DNA from: a virus
Lineage: Duplodnaviria; Caudoviricetes
DNA: 64,000 bases
Direction: 5' to 3' (one strand)
Virus record (IMG/VR): IMGVR_UViG_3300021431_000107
Span: 1 to 64,000 of that record
The position numbers and the translations under genes were made by a program. The notes beneath the pieces were generated by a model that was given only the letters and a program-made list of their open reading frames with translations, was not told the DNA's origin and did not search any database. Of this stretch, positions 9,101 through 18,432 are shown in pieces (position 1 is the stretch's first letter; each line of letters begins with the position of its first letter).

Positions 9101-10498
9101 AAATCCTGCAACCTTAGCGATTTTGAGACCAACAAAAACATTAGATAAGTTCTTCTGCCCATTCCATTTGGTCTTCTTATATTCCTCAAAGTATCCTTTA
9201 ACCTGTTCAGTAAATTTAAACATGTCCACGCCACGTATTCCGCTTTGTTCACAGTATCCTACGTAATCGTTATAAAGATCGTTTCTCGTAATAAACGGCT
9301 TTGAAGTATAAGTTCCCAAATTATCGAACAGAAAATTACGAATATAATTGGTTTTGTTAATCATCTCTTCTGGAGAATAGGTATCATAATAATTCTTGCC
9401 AAGTATTTTGAACACATCCAGGCAATGCTTTGCAATACCTCCAATCTCAAACGGTAATTTGGATACAAGTGCATAATACTCTTTCCCAGGTATCTTATCA
9501 CCAGAAGGATATACATCTAAGAGTCTTCTTGTTATGCCGAGTCTTGTGTCATGAATATCGACTGTGTCGTTTGTAGCAAGAAACAGCATAGCATTTGATT
9601 TGATAGTATACTGCTGCTTTCCCTTTTCATTAATCATTACGTCCTTATGGGAAATAATTTCGTTAATGATTGGGGATTCGATCCTATAAAGACTACCATC
9701 ATCTTGAATAGCAATAAGAGGGTTGTCCTTAAAAGCAGCTGTAGCGAACTGACTAGTCTTATTCACAAGCTCTTCTGCTACAAACACAGACCAGTATCCA
9801 CTAAAAATCATTTTGATCAGGTCAAGTATTGTTGACTTACCGCTTCCAGGATCACCATAAAGAACAAGCATCTTCTCGATTTTCTTTGACTCGCCAGATA
9901 ACACGGCGCCTATACACCATTCAATCTTCTGCCTATTCTCTTCGGTGTATAAAACACTCATAAGTTTTTCATATGCCTCAACTGGCCCATCGTCAGACAA
10001 GTTGTACATAAGCCTTTTGCTTCTGTGCATTTCCGGTGTTACTGTTTCGTCCTTGAAGGTTAACTCTGTATCAAGTTGGACATAGTTATGATTAGGCGGA
10101 AGATTACTGAACCAGATGTTGAATTCTTTAAGTCTGTTTGTAGTACTATCGTCAAGGTATTCTGCTTCAACTCGTGTTATGACTAATCCATCTGAATCGA
10201 TATAGTCTCCTTTAGAATCTTTCTCGAAGTGCTTTTCAATGTAGCGAGTTATTTCTCGGTCAATAAAAGGAACGACATCTGACTCGTCAGTTGACCACAT
10301 TCCAGTATCTCTGTCCAGGATAGCATAAAATTTGCCACCTTTTTTCATTATATCTTTTCCGGAGGCTTTATATGCAGAGTATACAGCAGTAACTGCATGC
10401 TTACCGCCTTTGCCTTTAATTTCTTTCTTTACTTGCTTTACTTGTACAAAGCTTCGCATCTCATTTTTCTGCCTCCTTTCACTGCTATTTTTGAACAT
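6167..10498 (-). CDS. Fused SF3 helicase - AEP primase - 3'-5' exonuclease - family B DNA polymerase
   Basis: GDPGSGKST / IAIQDD / LFLATN (SF3); KIDFDLKD and SKSGCGIHLYY (AEP); FFDFE, GFNNKGYD, YCENDV (Exo I-III); DDSASHHPS, KIAINSVYG, KTDSI (PolB A/B/C); likely start near 10464. Confidence 0.85.
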   Translation of the reverse strand: MFKNSSERRQKNEMRSFVQVKQVKKEIKGKGGKHAVTAVYSAYKASGKDIMKKGGKFYAILDRDTGMWSTDESDVVPFIDREITRYIEKHFEKDSKGDYIDSDGLVITRVEAEYLDDSTTNRLKEFNIWFSNLPPNHNYVQLDTELTFKDETVTPEMHRSKRLMYNLSDDGPVEAYEKLMSVLYTEENRQKIEWCIGAVLSGESKKIEKMLVLYGDPGSGKSTILDLIKMIFSGYWSVFVAEELVNKTSQFATAAFKDNPLIAIQDDGSLYRIESPIINEIISHKDVMINEKGKQQYTIKSNAMLFLATNDTVDIHDTRLGITRRLLDVYPSGDKIPGKEYYALVSKLPFEIGGIAKHCLDVFKILGKNYYDTYSPEEMINKTNYIRNFLFDNLGTYTSKPFITRNDLYNDYVGYCEQSGIRGVDMFKFTEQVKGYFEEYKKTKWNGQKNLSNVFVGLKIAKVAGFDNPFSKYESEATGNWLTEESLDSDVSQLNLLYPNTPAQQATKKGGPCCSWDECRTRLCDVDCRELHWFKLPEDVIKIDFDLKDAEGNKSLELNLKAANKFPKTYAEISKSGCGIHLYYIYDGDPNELSRIYDENIEVKVSTGNNSHRRILTRCNSIPVNHISTGLPLKEKKPVVDNVPITVNGLRTTIKRCLAKEIHADTRSNVDWIYEVLERAYESGLIYDLSDMKEEVEDFCSKSTHQSEYCKKKFGFMKFKSKSIEKVSLKGGKLLIDGKAVEDESAVRYYIQKVLDQPPCPERVAELFDIFKKAYDAGLIYDLSDMKQTILIYTIEATKDQNDKLVAKIAEMKMASIEEGSYDDGYNPDDPIIFFDFEVKPNMNLLCWKYRGKENKVMKVFNPTPQYIAEFFGLDGHSKKKIIGFNNKGYDNHIAYAIWLGKTPYEVFLISKAIINDKNSKAKYREAKNLSYSDILDFMPEKIGLKKWEIRLKIPHQEFNRPWDEPIDESEWPALASYCENDVLATEAVFECEAGQAAWKARNILVDLNNMLVGPGSNLNDSTNDLTTRLIVGDEKDPQKYFVYPDLSEEFPGYEYDQNGIDPERYVSKDVIISGKSIYRGYDPGEGGFVYAEEGMYGLSESDDSASHHPSTIKAKNGFGKFTPNFNRLLDLRLMIKHKEYDKIREQYPALSKYLNSDKDAKDLSYALKIAINSVYGLTAAKFTNKLRDPRNKDNWVAKRGALFMIDLMLNVKEQGYKVLHCKTDSIKVLDPDDNIRNYIYEYGKKFGYTFEVEHRFDRICLVNDAVYVCKYTDEDVNEDMAGKWDATGKQFQVPYVFKTLFSHEPIEFDDMCETKNTSTAFYLDMNENLPEGEHDYVFIGKTGKFTPIKEGCGGGILYRDDGKGGYASAESSKGFRWLESDTVLSLHKEDDIDRSYYTKLVDKAVEKISKYGDLEAFTAEGKYVDMSFMNIPETDDEEVPFL

Positions 10499-10764
10499 AA
10501 AATGGCTGACATTTTCACGGAAAAAATATTTTTGAATTTTGAAGCAGCTTTTCTACTCTTTTTCAATATTTTTCATTTTTTAAAATAATCTACTAATAAG
10601 TTAAAAAATCCATTCAAAATTCAAAACGCGAAAACCCAGTATTTATGCGGGTTTGCGGGCTTTTTTCATTGAATCAAATTTTCGATTTTTAATTTTTGTG
10701 GGCAATATATTAAATCTTTTTTTGACCCACAAAAATCGAGGACTTCAATTTTGATTCAAAAATA
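10499..10764. other. Putative replication origin: AT-rich with nested inverted repeats
   Basis: Non-coding; IRs 10530-10543/10613-10626 (14 bp), 10692-10702/10726-10736 (11 bp), 10669-10678/10750-10759 (10 bp); directly upstream of the replisome gene. Confidence 0.5.
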
Positions 10765-11004
10765 TTAGCCCGTTTTGGACTCATTTTTTATCTCATTAAA
10801 GTAATCAACTTTTGGAAATTTTTCCAGCTGATAATGTACCGAAAGTCTCATACATTCAGACATTGAAAGACCAGCTTTTTCCGATAATTCCTGAAGCTCT
10901 TTCCACTCTTCATCGTTCATTCTAACCCGAATGGCATGAGCTTTTGCTTCATTTTGATTCTTTGGCGGACGACCTCTTTTACGCACCTTATTACTTTCGT
11001 TCAT
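10765..11004 (-). CDS. Ribbon-helix-helix DNA-binding protein with AT-hook-like RGRP
   Basis: RKRGRPPK...IRVRMNDEEWKELQELSEKAGLSMSECMR. Confidence 0.7.
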   Translation of the reverse strand: MNESNKVRKRGRPPKNQNEAKAHAIRVRMNDEEWKELQELSEKAGLSMSECMRLSVHYQLEKFPKVDYFNEIKNESKTG

Positions 11005-11050
11005 AGTGACTCATCCCCAATGCACTCGCCTCTTTTTCTTCCTATCTCTA

Positions 11051-11242
11051 TCATTCTCCTTTCTTTTTCTTTCCGAACCCAGTGAGAAGAGATCTCATGA
11101 AGCCTGCTCTAGTCATTTTATTTTGAGTAGACAGTTCAGTGAGTCTGTCCCATTCACCGGCAGTAAACCTGATAGTGAGCCTATGTTCTCGAATATCTTC
11201 AGGCCCTTTCACAGGTCTCCCACGTCTTCTTTTATTTTCCAT
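11051..11242 (-). CDS. Ribbon-helix-helix protein, paralog of the adjacent gene
   Basis: RRRGRPVK...LTIRFTAGEWDRLTELSTQNKMTRAGFMR; SD-led ATG at 11242. Confidence 0.65.
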   Translation of the reverse strand: MENKRRRGRPVKGPEDIREHRLTIRFTAGEWDRLTELSTQNKMTRAGFMRSLLTGFGKKKKGE

Positions 11243-11267
11243 CTTTCTCCTCCTTTCACGACAGCAT

Positions 11268-11834
11268 TCAAATATAATTCTCTGAAAGATACCCACACAT
11301 CTGAAGCCAAATCTCCACCTTTCTCTGGTCCCTATGAGACTTACGAAGAGGAAACGGCGACCCCTTTCCATTCCGTTGATACACCCTGTCAAGCCAAATT
11401 CCAATCTGCTGACGGACATAACCGGAACTAAAATTATCGTCCGTACATCTCATGAGATCAAGATTATCAATCATAATCCAGAACCATTTTGAAGCATCAG
11501 GTTCATCCCCTTCACCCATGATATCTATGTCGCATCTAAGCGACAAACCTATAAGCATCTCAAGAACTGAACACTTAATCCCAGGCGTGTAATAAAGGTC
11601 AGGAATATTGTTTTCATCCATATAAATCCACCGAAGCTTCTCTCCATCAAACGCCCTGTTTTCGTCCCTCTCAATAGACCATGTGAATTCGATTGAGTGA
11701 AGTTCATTAAGTAGTAGTGAGTAGTTATAATATGGTTCAGCATACCCATCTACTTTTTCAAGCAGCCATTGGTAATAGTCAAACTTTCTCCATCCAACTG
11801 ATGCCTTATCTTCTCTTCTACGAGTCATATTCAT
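11268..11834 (-). CDS. Phage protein of unknown function
   Basis: 188-aa ORF with AGGAGGTG SD; Trp-rich. Confidence 0.7.
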   Translation of the reverse strand: MNMTRRREDKASVGWRKFDYYQWLLEKVDGYAEPYYNYSLLLNELHSIEFTWSIERDENRAFDGEKLRWIYMDENNIPDLYYTPGIKCSVLEMLIGLSLRCDIDIMGEGDEPDASKWFWIMIDNLDLMRCTDDNFSSGYVRQQIGIWLDRVYQRNGKGSPFPLRKSHRDQRKVEIWLQMCGYLSENYI

Positions 11835-11924
11835 AGATCACCTCCTTCCTTTTAGTGAAATATAATCGAACAATATGCTCTAAACTTTAGCCACACTACG
11901 CTGCGACAGCCCTTAGTGAATTCA

Positions 11925-12104
11925 TCAATCCGCCTGTCCTCTTGACATCTCAGACACTATCTTCTGGCACGAAGCAACAGCCGCAGCATAACCATTTAAC
12001 CATGCCTGCAGTTCAAGAATCGTCATCTCCGACGGTATGTCATCCGACGAAATAGTATGAGACTCGATCCTCTTCATAATCTCTACGTAACCCATATCAG
12101 TCAT
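11925..12104 (-). CDS. Hypothetical protein
   Basis: MTDMGYVEIM start within a TTCAAAATG junction. Confidence 0.5.
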   Translation of the reverse strand: MTDMGYVEIMKRIESHTISSDDIPSEMTILELQAWLNGYAAAVASCQKIVSEMSRGQAD

Positions 12105-12441
12105 TTTGAACCACCCACTTCCCTTCTTGAGTCTCTTCAATAACAATCCTCTTCCACGTTCCAGGAGACATGATCTGTTCCCACTCGCACCATCCTTTCG
12201 CTGATGCAAGCCACTGTAAATCAGAAACTTCTTCCTCATTATGAACATTCACATACCATGAGTTCAGATATGCCGAGTCATCAAGTATATCTTTATAATT
12301 CTCAATCTGATACTTTTCAAACGCCTCATCTTGAAACACAATCCTCATGAGCCCCGGATGCTCAAGAAAATCTTCATAAGCTTCACAGTCCCATCTATCC
12401 TCAAACTCCGTACCATCATTAGCGTAAAAAACAGCCCTCAT
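12097..12441 (-). CDS. Hypothetical acidic protein
   Basis: 114-aa ORF overlapping its neighbours. Confidence 0.6.
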   Translation of the reverse strand: MRAVFYANDGTEFEDRWDCEAYEDFLEHPGLMRIVFQDEAFEKYQIENYKDILDDSAYLNSWYVNVHNEEEVSDLQWLASAKGWCEWEQIMSPGTWKRIVIEETQEGKWVVQND

Positions 12442-12716
12442 ACTATCTTCTCCTTTCGTTTGGCTTTATCCTTTTCAGCCATCTCAAGCACCCGATCAAT
12501 TAAACCGTCAACAATATCCGGACGATCTTTTAATAGCCCATTAAACTCATCTAGATCATCGAACCATATACATTTATATGCCCCTGTGCCCCTATGCCAA
12601 ATAATGAAATGATAACGATACTTGCCGTAATCCGCATCAAACACAGGTTCCTCAAGCTGAAGTGCAATCTCAGGACCGTACTTTTCACGGATTCTTTCAT
12701 CATAAATTAGCGCCAT
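12438..12716 (-). CDS. Hypothetical protein
   Basis: GGAGGAGGTTCAAAATG start. Confidence 0.6.
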   Translation of the reverse strand: MALIYDERIREKYGPEIALQLEEPVFDADYGKYRYHFIIWHRGTGAYKCIWFDDLDEFNGLLKDRPDIVDGLIDRVLEMAEKDKAKRKEKIV

Positions 12717-12756
12717 TTTGAACCTCCTCCCAAGTCCAATAAACCATCACAACAAT

Positions 12757-13206
12757 TCACGGCTGCAATCTACGAATCACTTCCTCCACAATATCATCCA
12801 CATCCGCTTTAGTGAAATAATCAACTCCTTTAAGCGGAACAATAGACCTGTCAGTTGTAAACGTGTCCCCATTTGTATACTGAATGGAAAGAGTACCATT
12901 AACATTAAGCCACGCTCTTGCTACACCATTTCCACGAGGACCTTCTATGCCTCTTTCACCACGAAGACTTTTAAGCCAATCCGATTTTGAACCTACGAAT
13001 CCTTCCTCACACGCCACATCATACGCTGAATACCCACGAAGCTTCTCTCCATCGAGAGTCCCAGTGAGCGTAGACAACTCTCCAGACAACTCCCCAACCA
13101 GTCCATTTTGATCAGAAGAAAGCGTGCCAGACAGAGTGAAAGAAGGAGAAAGCACTGTTCCCTTTAAGTAACGATCAATTCCATCAGCCATATTAGTCCA
13201 CCTCAT
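12757..13206 (-). CDS. Short collagen-like / tail-fibre-associated module protein
   Basis: GYSAYDVACEEGFVGSKSDWLKSLRGERGIEGPRGNG pattern typical of tail-fibre linkers. Confidence 0.55.
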   Translation of the reverse strand: MRWTNMADGIDRYLKGTVLSPSFTLSGTLSSDQNGLVGELSGELSTLTGTLDGEKLRGYSAYDVACEEGFVGSKSDWLKSLRGERGIEGPRGNGVARAWLNVNGTLSIQYTNGDTFTTDRSIVPLKGVDYFTKADVDDIVEEVIRRLQP

Positions 13207-13531
13207 CCGTCACGAAGAACTTACCCCTGTCAATGAAAGTATCCACAGTCCCATTAGCCATAGTGATCTGAACGTCATACGCATAAGGCTCATCACGAGC
13301 AAGCAGCAACTTTGTATCTTCCGCCTCAAGTCTTAAATGCAGCGTCTCATTCGGAATCACCTTGAATATAATAGGCTCCTCTGTCGGCTTAAATGTCTTC
13401 TTGAGCGCAAACCGAATTACATCACCTTCTGCAGGAACAAAGTCTTCCCCACCTTTAGTTTTAATTGAAACGTTTGTATCAAGGGTATCGCCCCTAGTGA
13501 TAGTGATTACATTATCTTCAATCTTTACCAT
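13193..13531 (-). CDS. BppU-N-like (baseplate-type Ig-like) small protein
   Basis: ITITRGDT...GDVIRFALKK...YAYDVQITMANGTVDTFI. Confidence 0.5.
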   Translation of the reverse strand: MVKIEDNVITITRGDTLDTNVSIKTKGGEDFVPAEGDVIRFALKKTFKPTEEPIIFKVIPNETLHLRLEAEDTKLLLARDEPYAYDVQITMANGTVDTFIDRGKFFVTDEVD

Positions 13532-14075
13532 TTTGATCCTCCTCATCAAGCTTCTTTTTCATTCTATCCAGAATCTCTTCAACCTGTTTCCTAGTATTCT
13601 CGTGAAGAATCATTGTCTTCTTATGGTCCTCATACCACTTGAATATCTCTCTTTTATCACCAGACTTCCAACTGAAACTCCACCAGTCAGCAATCATCTC
13701 CATCATATACTGAGGTTCCATTTCAATTGGAATATAATTCTTACCGTCTACACCTTCACCAGACGGATCATCTTCCATAAGAACCCAGTACTGCCAGTGA
13801 TGCGGATTATTGTGAATATGATGAAGCCATGCTTTATTAAATGCCTCTTTTACCCGATACGACCTGCCTTCCGGACCAGGATAAAAGTAAGCATCATAAG
13901 CATCATACTCAGCCGCCCCAAACTTTGAATCATCATGCATGGTGATAGACCAGTAAGGATCCCACGGAACCTGAACAAAGTTGAAGAATTCAGGCAGGTT
14001 ATCCTGAAGCCACTGATACGCCTCAATAACTCCATTCACGTGATTATAGAGGTAATCATTGTAGTCTTTACTCAT
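13518..14075 (-). CDS. HD-superfamily metal-dependent hydrolase (DUF5662-like)
   Basis: H..HDDSK...WLHHIHNNPHHWQYW...EMIADWWS. Confidence 0.65.
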   Translation of the reverse strand: MSKDYNDYLYNHVNGVIEAYQWLQDNLPEFFNFVQVPWDPYWSITMHDDSKFGAAEYDAYDAYFYPGPEGRSYRVKEAFNKAWLHHIHNNPHHWQYWVLMEDDPSGEGVDGKNYIPIEMEPQYMMEMIADWWSFSWKSGDKREIFKWYEDHKKTMILHENTRKQVEEILDRMKKKLDEEDQNGKD

Positions 14076-15232
14076 TTTGAACCTCCTCTCCGCTGCACCA
14101 TGCATAAATTGTATTGAAGTCATGGTAGGTCTTATTTACCGAGACATTAGGAGCATCTGTTCCATCATTAAGGCAAGGAATATGAATCGTAATATCAACA
14201 GCACTAAGACCACTCATCTTTCCAACGATATCTTCGGCATTCGCAATAAGAATATGGCAATAATTTTGCAGCGCTCTGATATAGCGGGTTTTATCAACCG
14301 AAGTTTCTTCATTCTCGATACTCATTTTGAACCTGCCTCCTCTTTTTTCTTCCTAAGAACCATCTTAGCCCGTTCTGTACCAAGCGCATCAATGAACTCT
14401 TCAACTCCATTCCTCTGATACTCTCTATGAATACATGTAAAGTCATCAAACGCCTCGTGCCACCGATCGTCTCCTTCAATCTTCGACCCATATATATCAG
14501 TAACAGCCTTATAGATCTGATTGGAGCACTCAAGTATCGATTCCATGTCAGTGCTTTTCTGAACAAGAAGAATATAATAAACAAAAGCAAGCCTACGAGT
14601 TACCTGATCTCTCTTTTTCTTTGAAATCCACACAACTTATCACCTCTCACTCCATAACCTTCTCTAGACCATCAGCACAGAAGAACTCAGGATCCGGATC
14701 ATTTAAACACGGACACTCGGATCTAAGATGGTGTTCGCAGTCCTTACAATGAACCACGCGTCTAAACTCTATGCTTCTAAGAATCTCTTCCATATCAGTG
14801 ATAGCTATGCCCGAAAATTCACCAATTTCTACACGACTTCCATCTGACATCGTAGCGAATAACTGATAATCTTTTTTATTCTCAGTCCCCATTTTGAACA
14901 CCTCTTTTCACTGCATTAAACTCAAGCACTCCTTCATACTCAGGTTCATACTTCCAGATTTCATGAGCACCAAGGACAATCCATGCCTGATCTTCTCCGC
15001 CCATTAAGAGCACCTGTTCATCCGTCCACTTATCGAGCCTAACCATGTAAAGATTAGGCTTATAAAGACCTACGATTACGCCAGATTCAATTCCATTAGC
15101 AGAGCCACGAGAACCAGTCTTTATGTGATCGCCCATTTTGAACGAGCTATTGCCCCATGCGTATCTTCCTTCTCTATGAATCTTTTCTTTAATAATCGTC
15201 TTCATACGATCCATAAACTTTGGCAACTTCAT
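14068..15232 (-). CDS. Run of four small hypothetical genes (14068-14325, 14322-14633, 14647-14892, 14882-15232)
   Basis: Overlapping SD-led ORFs; 14647-14892 ends in CxxC...C...C. Confidence 0.55.
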
Positions 15233-15959
15233 AATCCGTCCCCCTATTAATGTTTCTTACATAAATAACTTCTTCATCGTCGTTGTCCGCATACCCGAAT
15301 TTAGTGAGCGCGTCACCGATATAAGCTTCTACATCATCGACAATCTCACCATCCTCAGTTGAAAGCACCCCATCTTCCGTGTGATAGTAAAGTGTTACTT
15401 TATCGTGAAACTCATACTCATCAAATTCAGAAGCTCTGATAATCTTAGGTTTAGCTTTATCTCCCTGATTCCGTTCAAGCATCTCCTGAATACGGCGATT
15501 ATGGCGAGACAGAACATCTTCCGCATCCGTCTCAGGATCAATATCCGTATCATCAGGATCAATAGGTTCAGAAGGCGCCTCCCTTTCCGCCATCATTTTT
15601 GGATACTCTTTCTGATAAAACGACGTGTAATCAATTGCCCCAGCTCTATGATTACCAGTGTCACCAACACCACCGCTTACCTCTACTTCACAAGACGACT
15701 GCTCGCTTTTATCATTCTTCTCACCGTCCCTAATCTCCTGATCTGATGAGTAGTTAAGCTGAGAAAGAAGTTCACCTGCTTCATCTTTTGCCCGAAGTTC
15801 ATCTACATACTCCTGCATAGATTTAACACGCTCGTCTGCAATTACTTCCCATTTATTAACAGTCAGACGATAAGTAATAAGAGCAGCTGTAGAACCTCCT
15901 ACAGCCGCCCCGAATAAGAACGTAATAAACCCTTTAACGAAACCCTTACCACTAGCCAT
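15189..15959 (-). CDS. Acidic protein with N-terminal membrane anchor
   Basis: GFITFLFGAAVGGSTAALITY followed by a D/E-rich body. Confidence 0.65.
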   Translation of the reverse strand: MASGKGFVKGFITFLFGAAVGGSTAALITYRLTVNKWEVIADERVKSMQEYVDELRAKDEAGELLSQLNYSSDQEIRDGEKNDKSEQSSCEVEVSGGVGDTGNHRAGAIDYTSFYQKEYPKMMAEREAPSEPIDPDDTDIDPETDAEDVLSRHNRRIQEMLERNQGDKAKPKIIRASEFDEYEFHDKVTLYYHTEDGVLSTEDGEIVDDVEAYIGDALTKFGYADNDDEEVIYVRNINRGTDYEVAKVYGSYEDDY

Positions 15960-15964
15960 TTTGA

Positions 15965-17098
15965 TCACACATCCCTTCTAAGTGTCATGTCTTCAGTAAA
16001 AGGCATGTCGCTACTGTCTTTCGGCTGAGGTCTCATACCCATCTTATTAGCCAGTTTCTCTTCTTCCTTTTTCTTAAGAATCGCATAGACATTACCATGA
16101 ATATTTGGAGAAAGGATAACAGTTTCATTTAGATACCCGGCAAGGAACCGATTGTTAATAGCATCATGAATACCAAGATCAACACGAGGACCGCAGCCTT
16201 TAACCCATCCTTCAATCATGGCTTCAGGATTTTCGACAGGTCCATCTTCCTTGTTATTTCTAGTCATTCCAAGAGCATCATATACATCGTTGAGAACTGC
16301 CCATCCGCGAGAGTAAACAAGGTCTTCGATATAATTTTCAGCCGCTTCAAGAGTCGGAAGATCATACATCTTTCTTCCTTTATAAATAGGAGAGGTCTGC
16401 CTAGAAAATGTGATGAAGTGGTCATGGTAGATATTTTGAGCAGCGATTTCAGAAGCTTCAAGAGGCACCTTTTTCTTTACTTTATAAGTCTCGCCGTTAT
16501 CCGGATCCTCTTCCTCAACTTCCACTTCTTTATAGCCATATTTGCACATTCTATGGCTCTCTTCACCGTTTAATTCGATATTACGCTGTTCATAGGCTCT
16601 ACAATACTCCTGTAAGCTCGTATATGCCCCTGTAAGCGCGTTTATCATGCCACCTTGAATGTTCTTAACAGCGACGAATGAGCCCATAGAAATGGCAAAT
16701 AGACCGCCTGGAAGGGCAAATAATTTAAAGCCGCGAATAAGTGTCACACCATACTCATGACGCACTGCACGGTTGATTTCCTTCCTGGTACGAGTGACAT
16801 ACGCCTTCTCAACATCTACATCTGGAAGGAACTCACCATTTTGATCAATACACTCAGGATCCACAACTACTTCCGCTTTTGCAGCTTCTACTCTATCCTC
16901 ATGATCCGCAACCAACATGTCAAGCTTACGTCCTGCAAATACAGCAGACACAATGGCAGCACCGCCAGTTACAATACCAACGACCATAAGAATCTCAGGA
17001 CTCTTCTCTTTAAGCTTAAGTCCGTTCATCCCAAGCATCTTACTCGCCTGCAAAGACCCTTTCTTTAAAAATCCCTTGATAGCATTCTCAGCTTTCAT
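15965..17098 (-). CDS. DUF6353-like membrane-anchored phage protein (paralog 1)
   Basis: EKSPEILMVVGIVTGGAAIVSAV TM segment; VLNDVYDALG C-terminal motif. Confidence 0.55.
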   Translation of the reverse strand: MKAENAIKGFLKKGSLQASKMLGMNGLKLKEKSPEILMVVGIVTGGAAIVSAVFAGRKLDMLVADHEDRVEAAKAEVVVDPECIDQNGEFLPDVDVEKAYVTRTRKEINRAVRHEYGVTLIRGFKLFALPGGLFAISMGSFVAVKNIQGGMINALTGAYTSLQEYCRAYEQRNIELNGEESHRMCKYGYKEVEVEEEDPDNGETYKVKKKVPLEASEIAAQNIYHDHFITFSRQTSPIYKGRKMYDLPTLEAAENYIEDLVYSRGWAVLNDVYDALGMTRNNKEDGPVENPEAMIEGWVKGCGPRVDLGIHDAINNRFLAGYLNETVILSPNIHGNVYAILKKKEEEKLANKMGMRPQPKDSSDMPFTEDMTLRRDV

Positions 17099-17164
17099 TC
17101 TGTTTCCTCCTTGAATTAGTTTTTATTTTGAAATGCCTAACACGAAAAGAAGAAGCCCATGCAT

Positions 17165-17437
17165 TTAGCACGAGCTTCTTTCGTCTAATTTGTACGTTTC
17201 ATACAGCTCCTTATACTGTTCGATAGCATCCATTGTTTCCTGGTTCAGACAGTAATTAAGTTGTTCTGTCAAGTTCTCTGCAGCTTTGAGCATTTTACCG
17301 AGATGTGACATAATCAAATTATATGCCTCATCAATAGACAGCATATTTTTGTTATACCCAATCCAGTAAACACGGCCCATTTCGTAATGCCACATGAGTC
17401 TTAACTTTTCGACTTGCGTTCTAATCCAGTTTTTCAT
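17165..17437 (-). CDS. Hypothetical protein in its own promoter-terminator cassette
   Basis: Motif at 17478, GGAGG SD, hairpin 17151-17177. Confidence 0.6.
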   Translation of the reverse strand: MKNWIRTQVEKLRLMWHYEMGRVYWIGYNKNMLSIDEAYNLIMSHLGKMLKAAENLTEQLNYCLNQETMDAIEQYKELYETYKLDERSSC

Positions 17438-17504
17438 AGATCCATCCTCCTTTTATTGAAACCATATAATCTGTTTCACTAAAGGCACTGCATTTTTTAC
17501 GAGT

Positions 17505-18432
17505 TCACTCAATTAACTCTAATTCGCTTTCTTCTTTAAGAATCTCATCTAACTTTATTCTGTCTGCATTCTTAATGATCGAATCAAACATAATTTCGTC
17601 AACCTCATCATCTGTCATGTTCTCAAAGGCATTTATTACTCGACCCAAAATTTCAGGATCTTTTTTACTGGCCGCTTTTATTACAGAACTCATGATAAGT
17701 GATACCATAGAAACAAAACCACTTGTCGGTCGACCATCTTTAATAACGGCCATTTTCATTTTCGTCATTGTTTTATCTCCTTTAGTGAAATTATAAGTTT
17801 CTGAGTTCACTTGTTCCACTTGATTAACAATGTAATAGAATAGGCCATGTCCTCTCTTTAAAGGCTCATATTTCTCTTTGTCTATTTTGGAAAGAGCTCT
17901 AGTAATACCTTGTAGATGCATTGAAATTTCTTTCTTTTTCTTCCCGAACGTTCCCTTTGGAACTTTTAGGCATACTTTAAAGTATTTATAGCCACGATGG
18001 ATACCGTTGTCACATCCCCCATCAATAATAGGTTTAGAGAGTACCGCTCCATGCCTGGATAATAGGTTTACACTTGCTTTTAAGCATGCCGTTTCGATGT
18101 CCATTGCTATATCATCGGTTATAATAACGTGCTTCATAAATCTCATAGTAACAACAAAGCATTCTAATTCTGCATTTTTATCGACAGGCTCCGAAACACA
18201 ATACTCGAAATCACTTGGCTTCAAATTCATGAAATCAAGCCCATTAGCTGTTCTCATTGCCATCTTTTCCACCTTTCCAACTCTTATAAGCATCCGTTTC
18301 TTTGGCGAGAAGCTTAATAGCACCCCAGAGTCTTTCTCTTTCTTCAAGAAGCTCTTTCATACCCATTTTGAGATTCCTGATATCTTCTGATTGCCTCCTA
18401 ACTACAGCCTCCAGATCACTGTACTTCCCCAT
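17505..18432 (-). CDS. Hypothetical proteins (17505-18347, with an internal SD-led start near 17768, and 18244-18432)
   Basis: ORF track; the overlap suggests the true start of the long ORF is near 18294. Confidence 0.45.

Noticed and set aside
6167-10498. Intein or intron explaining the large polymerase
   Set aside because: No Cys/Ser...His-Asn splice motifs or homing nuclease motifs noticed; the length is explained by fused domains.
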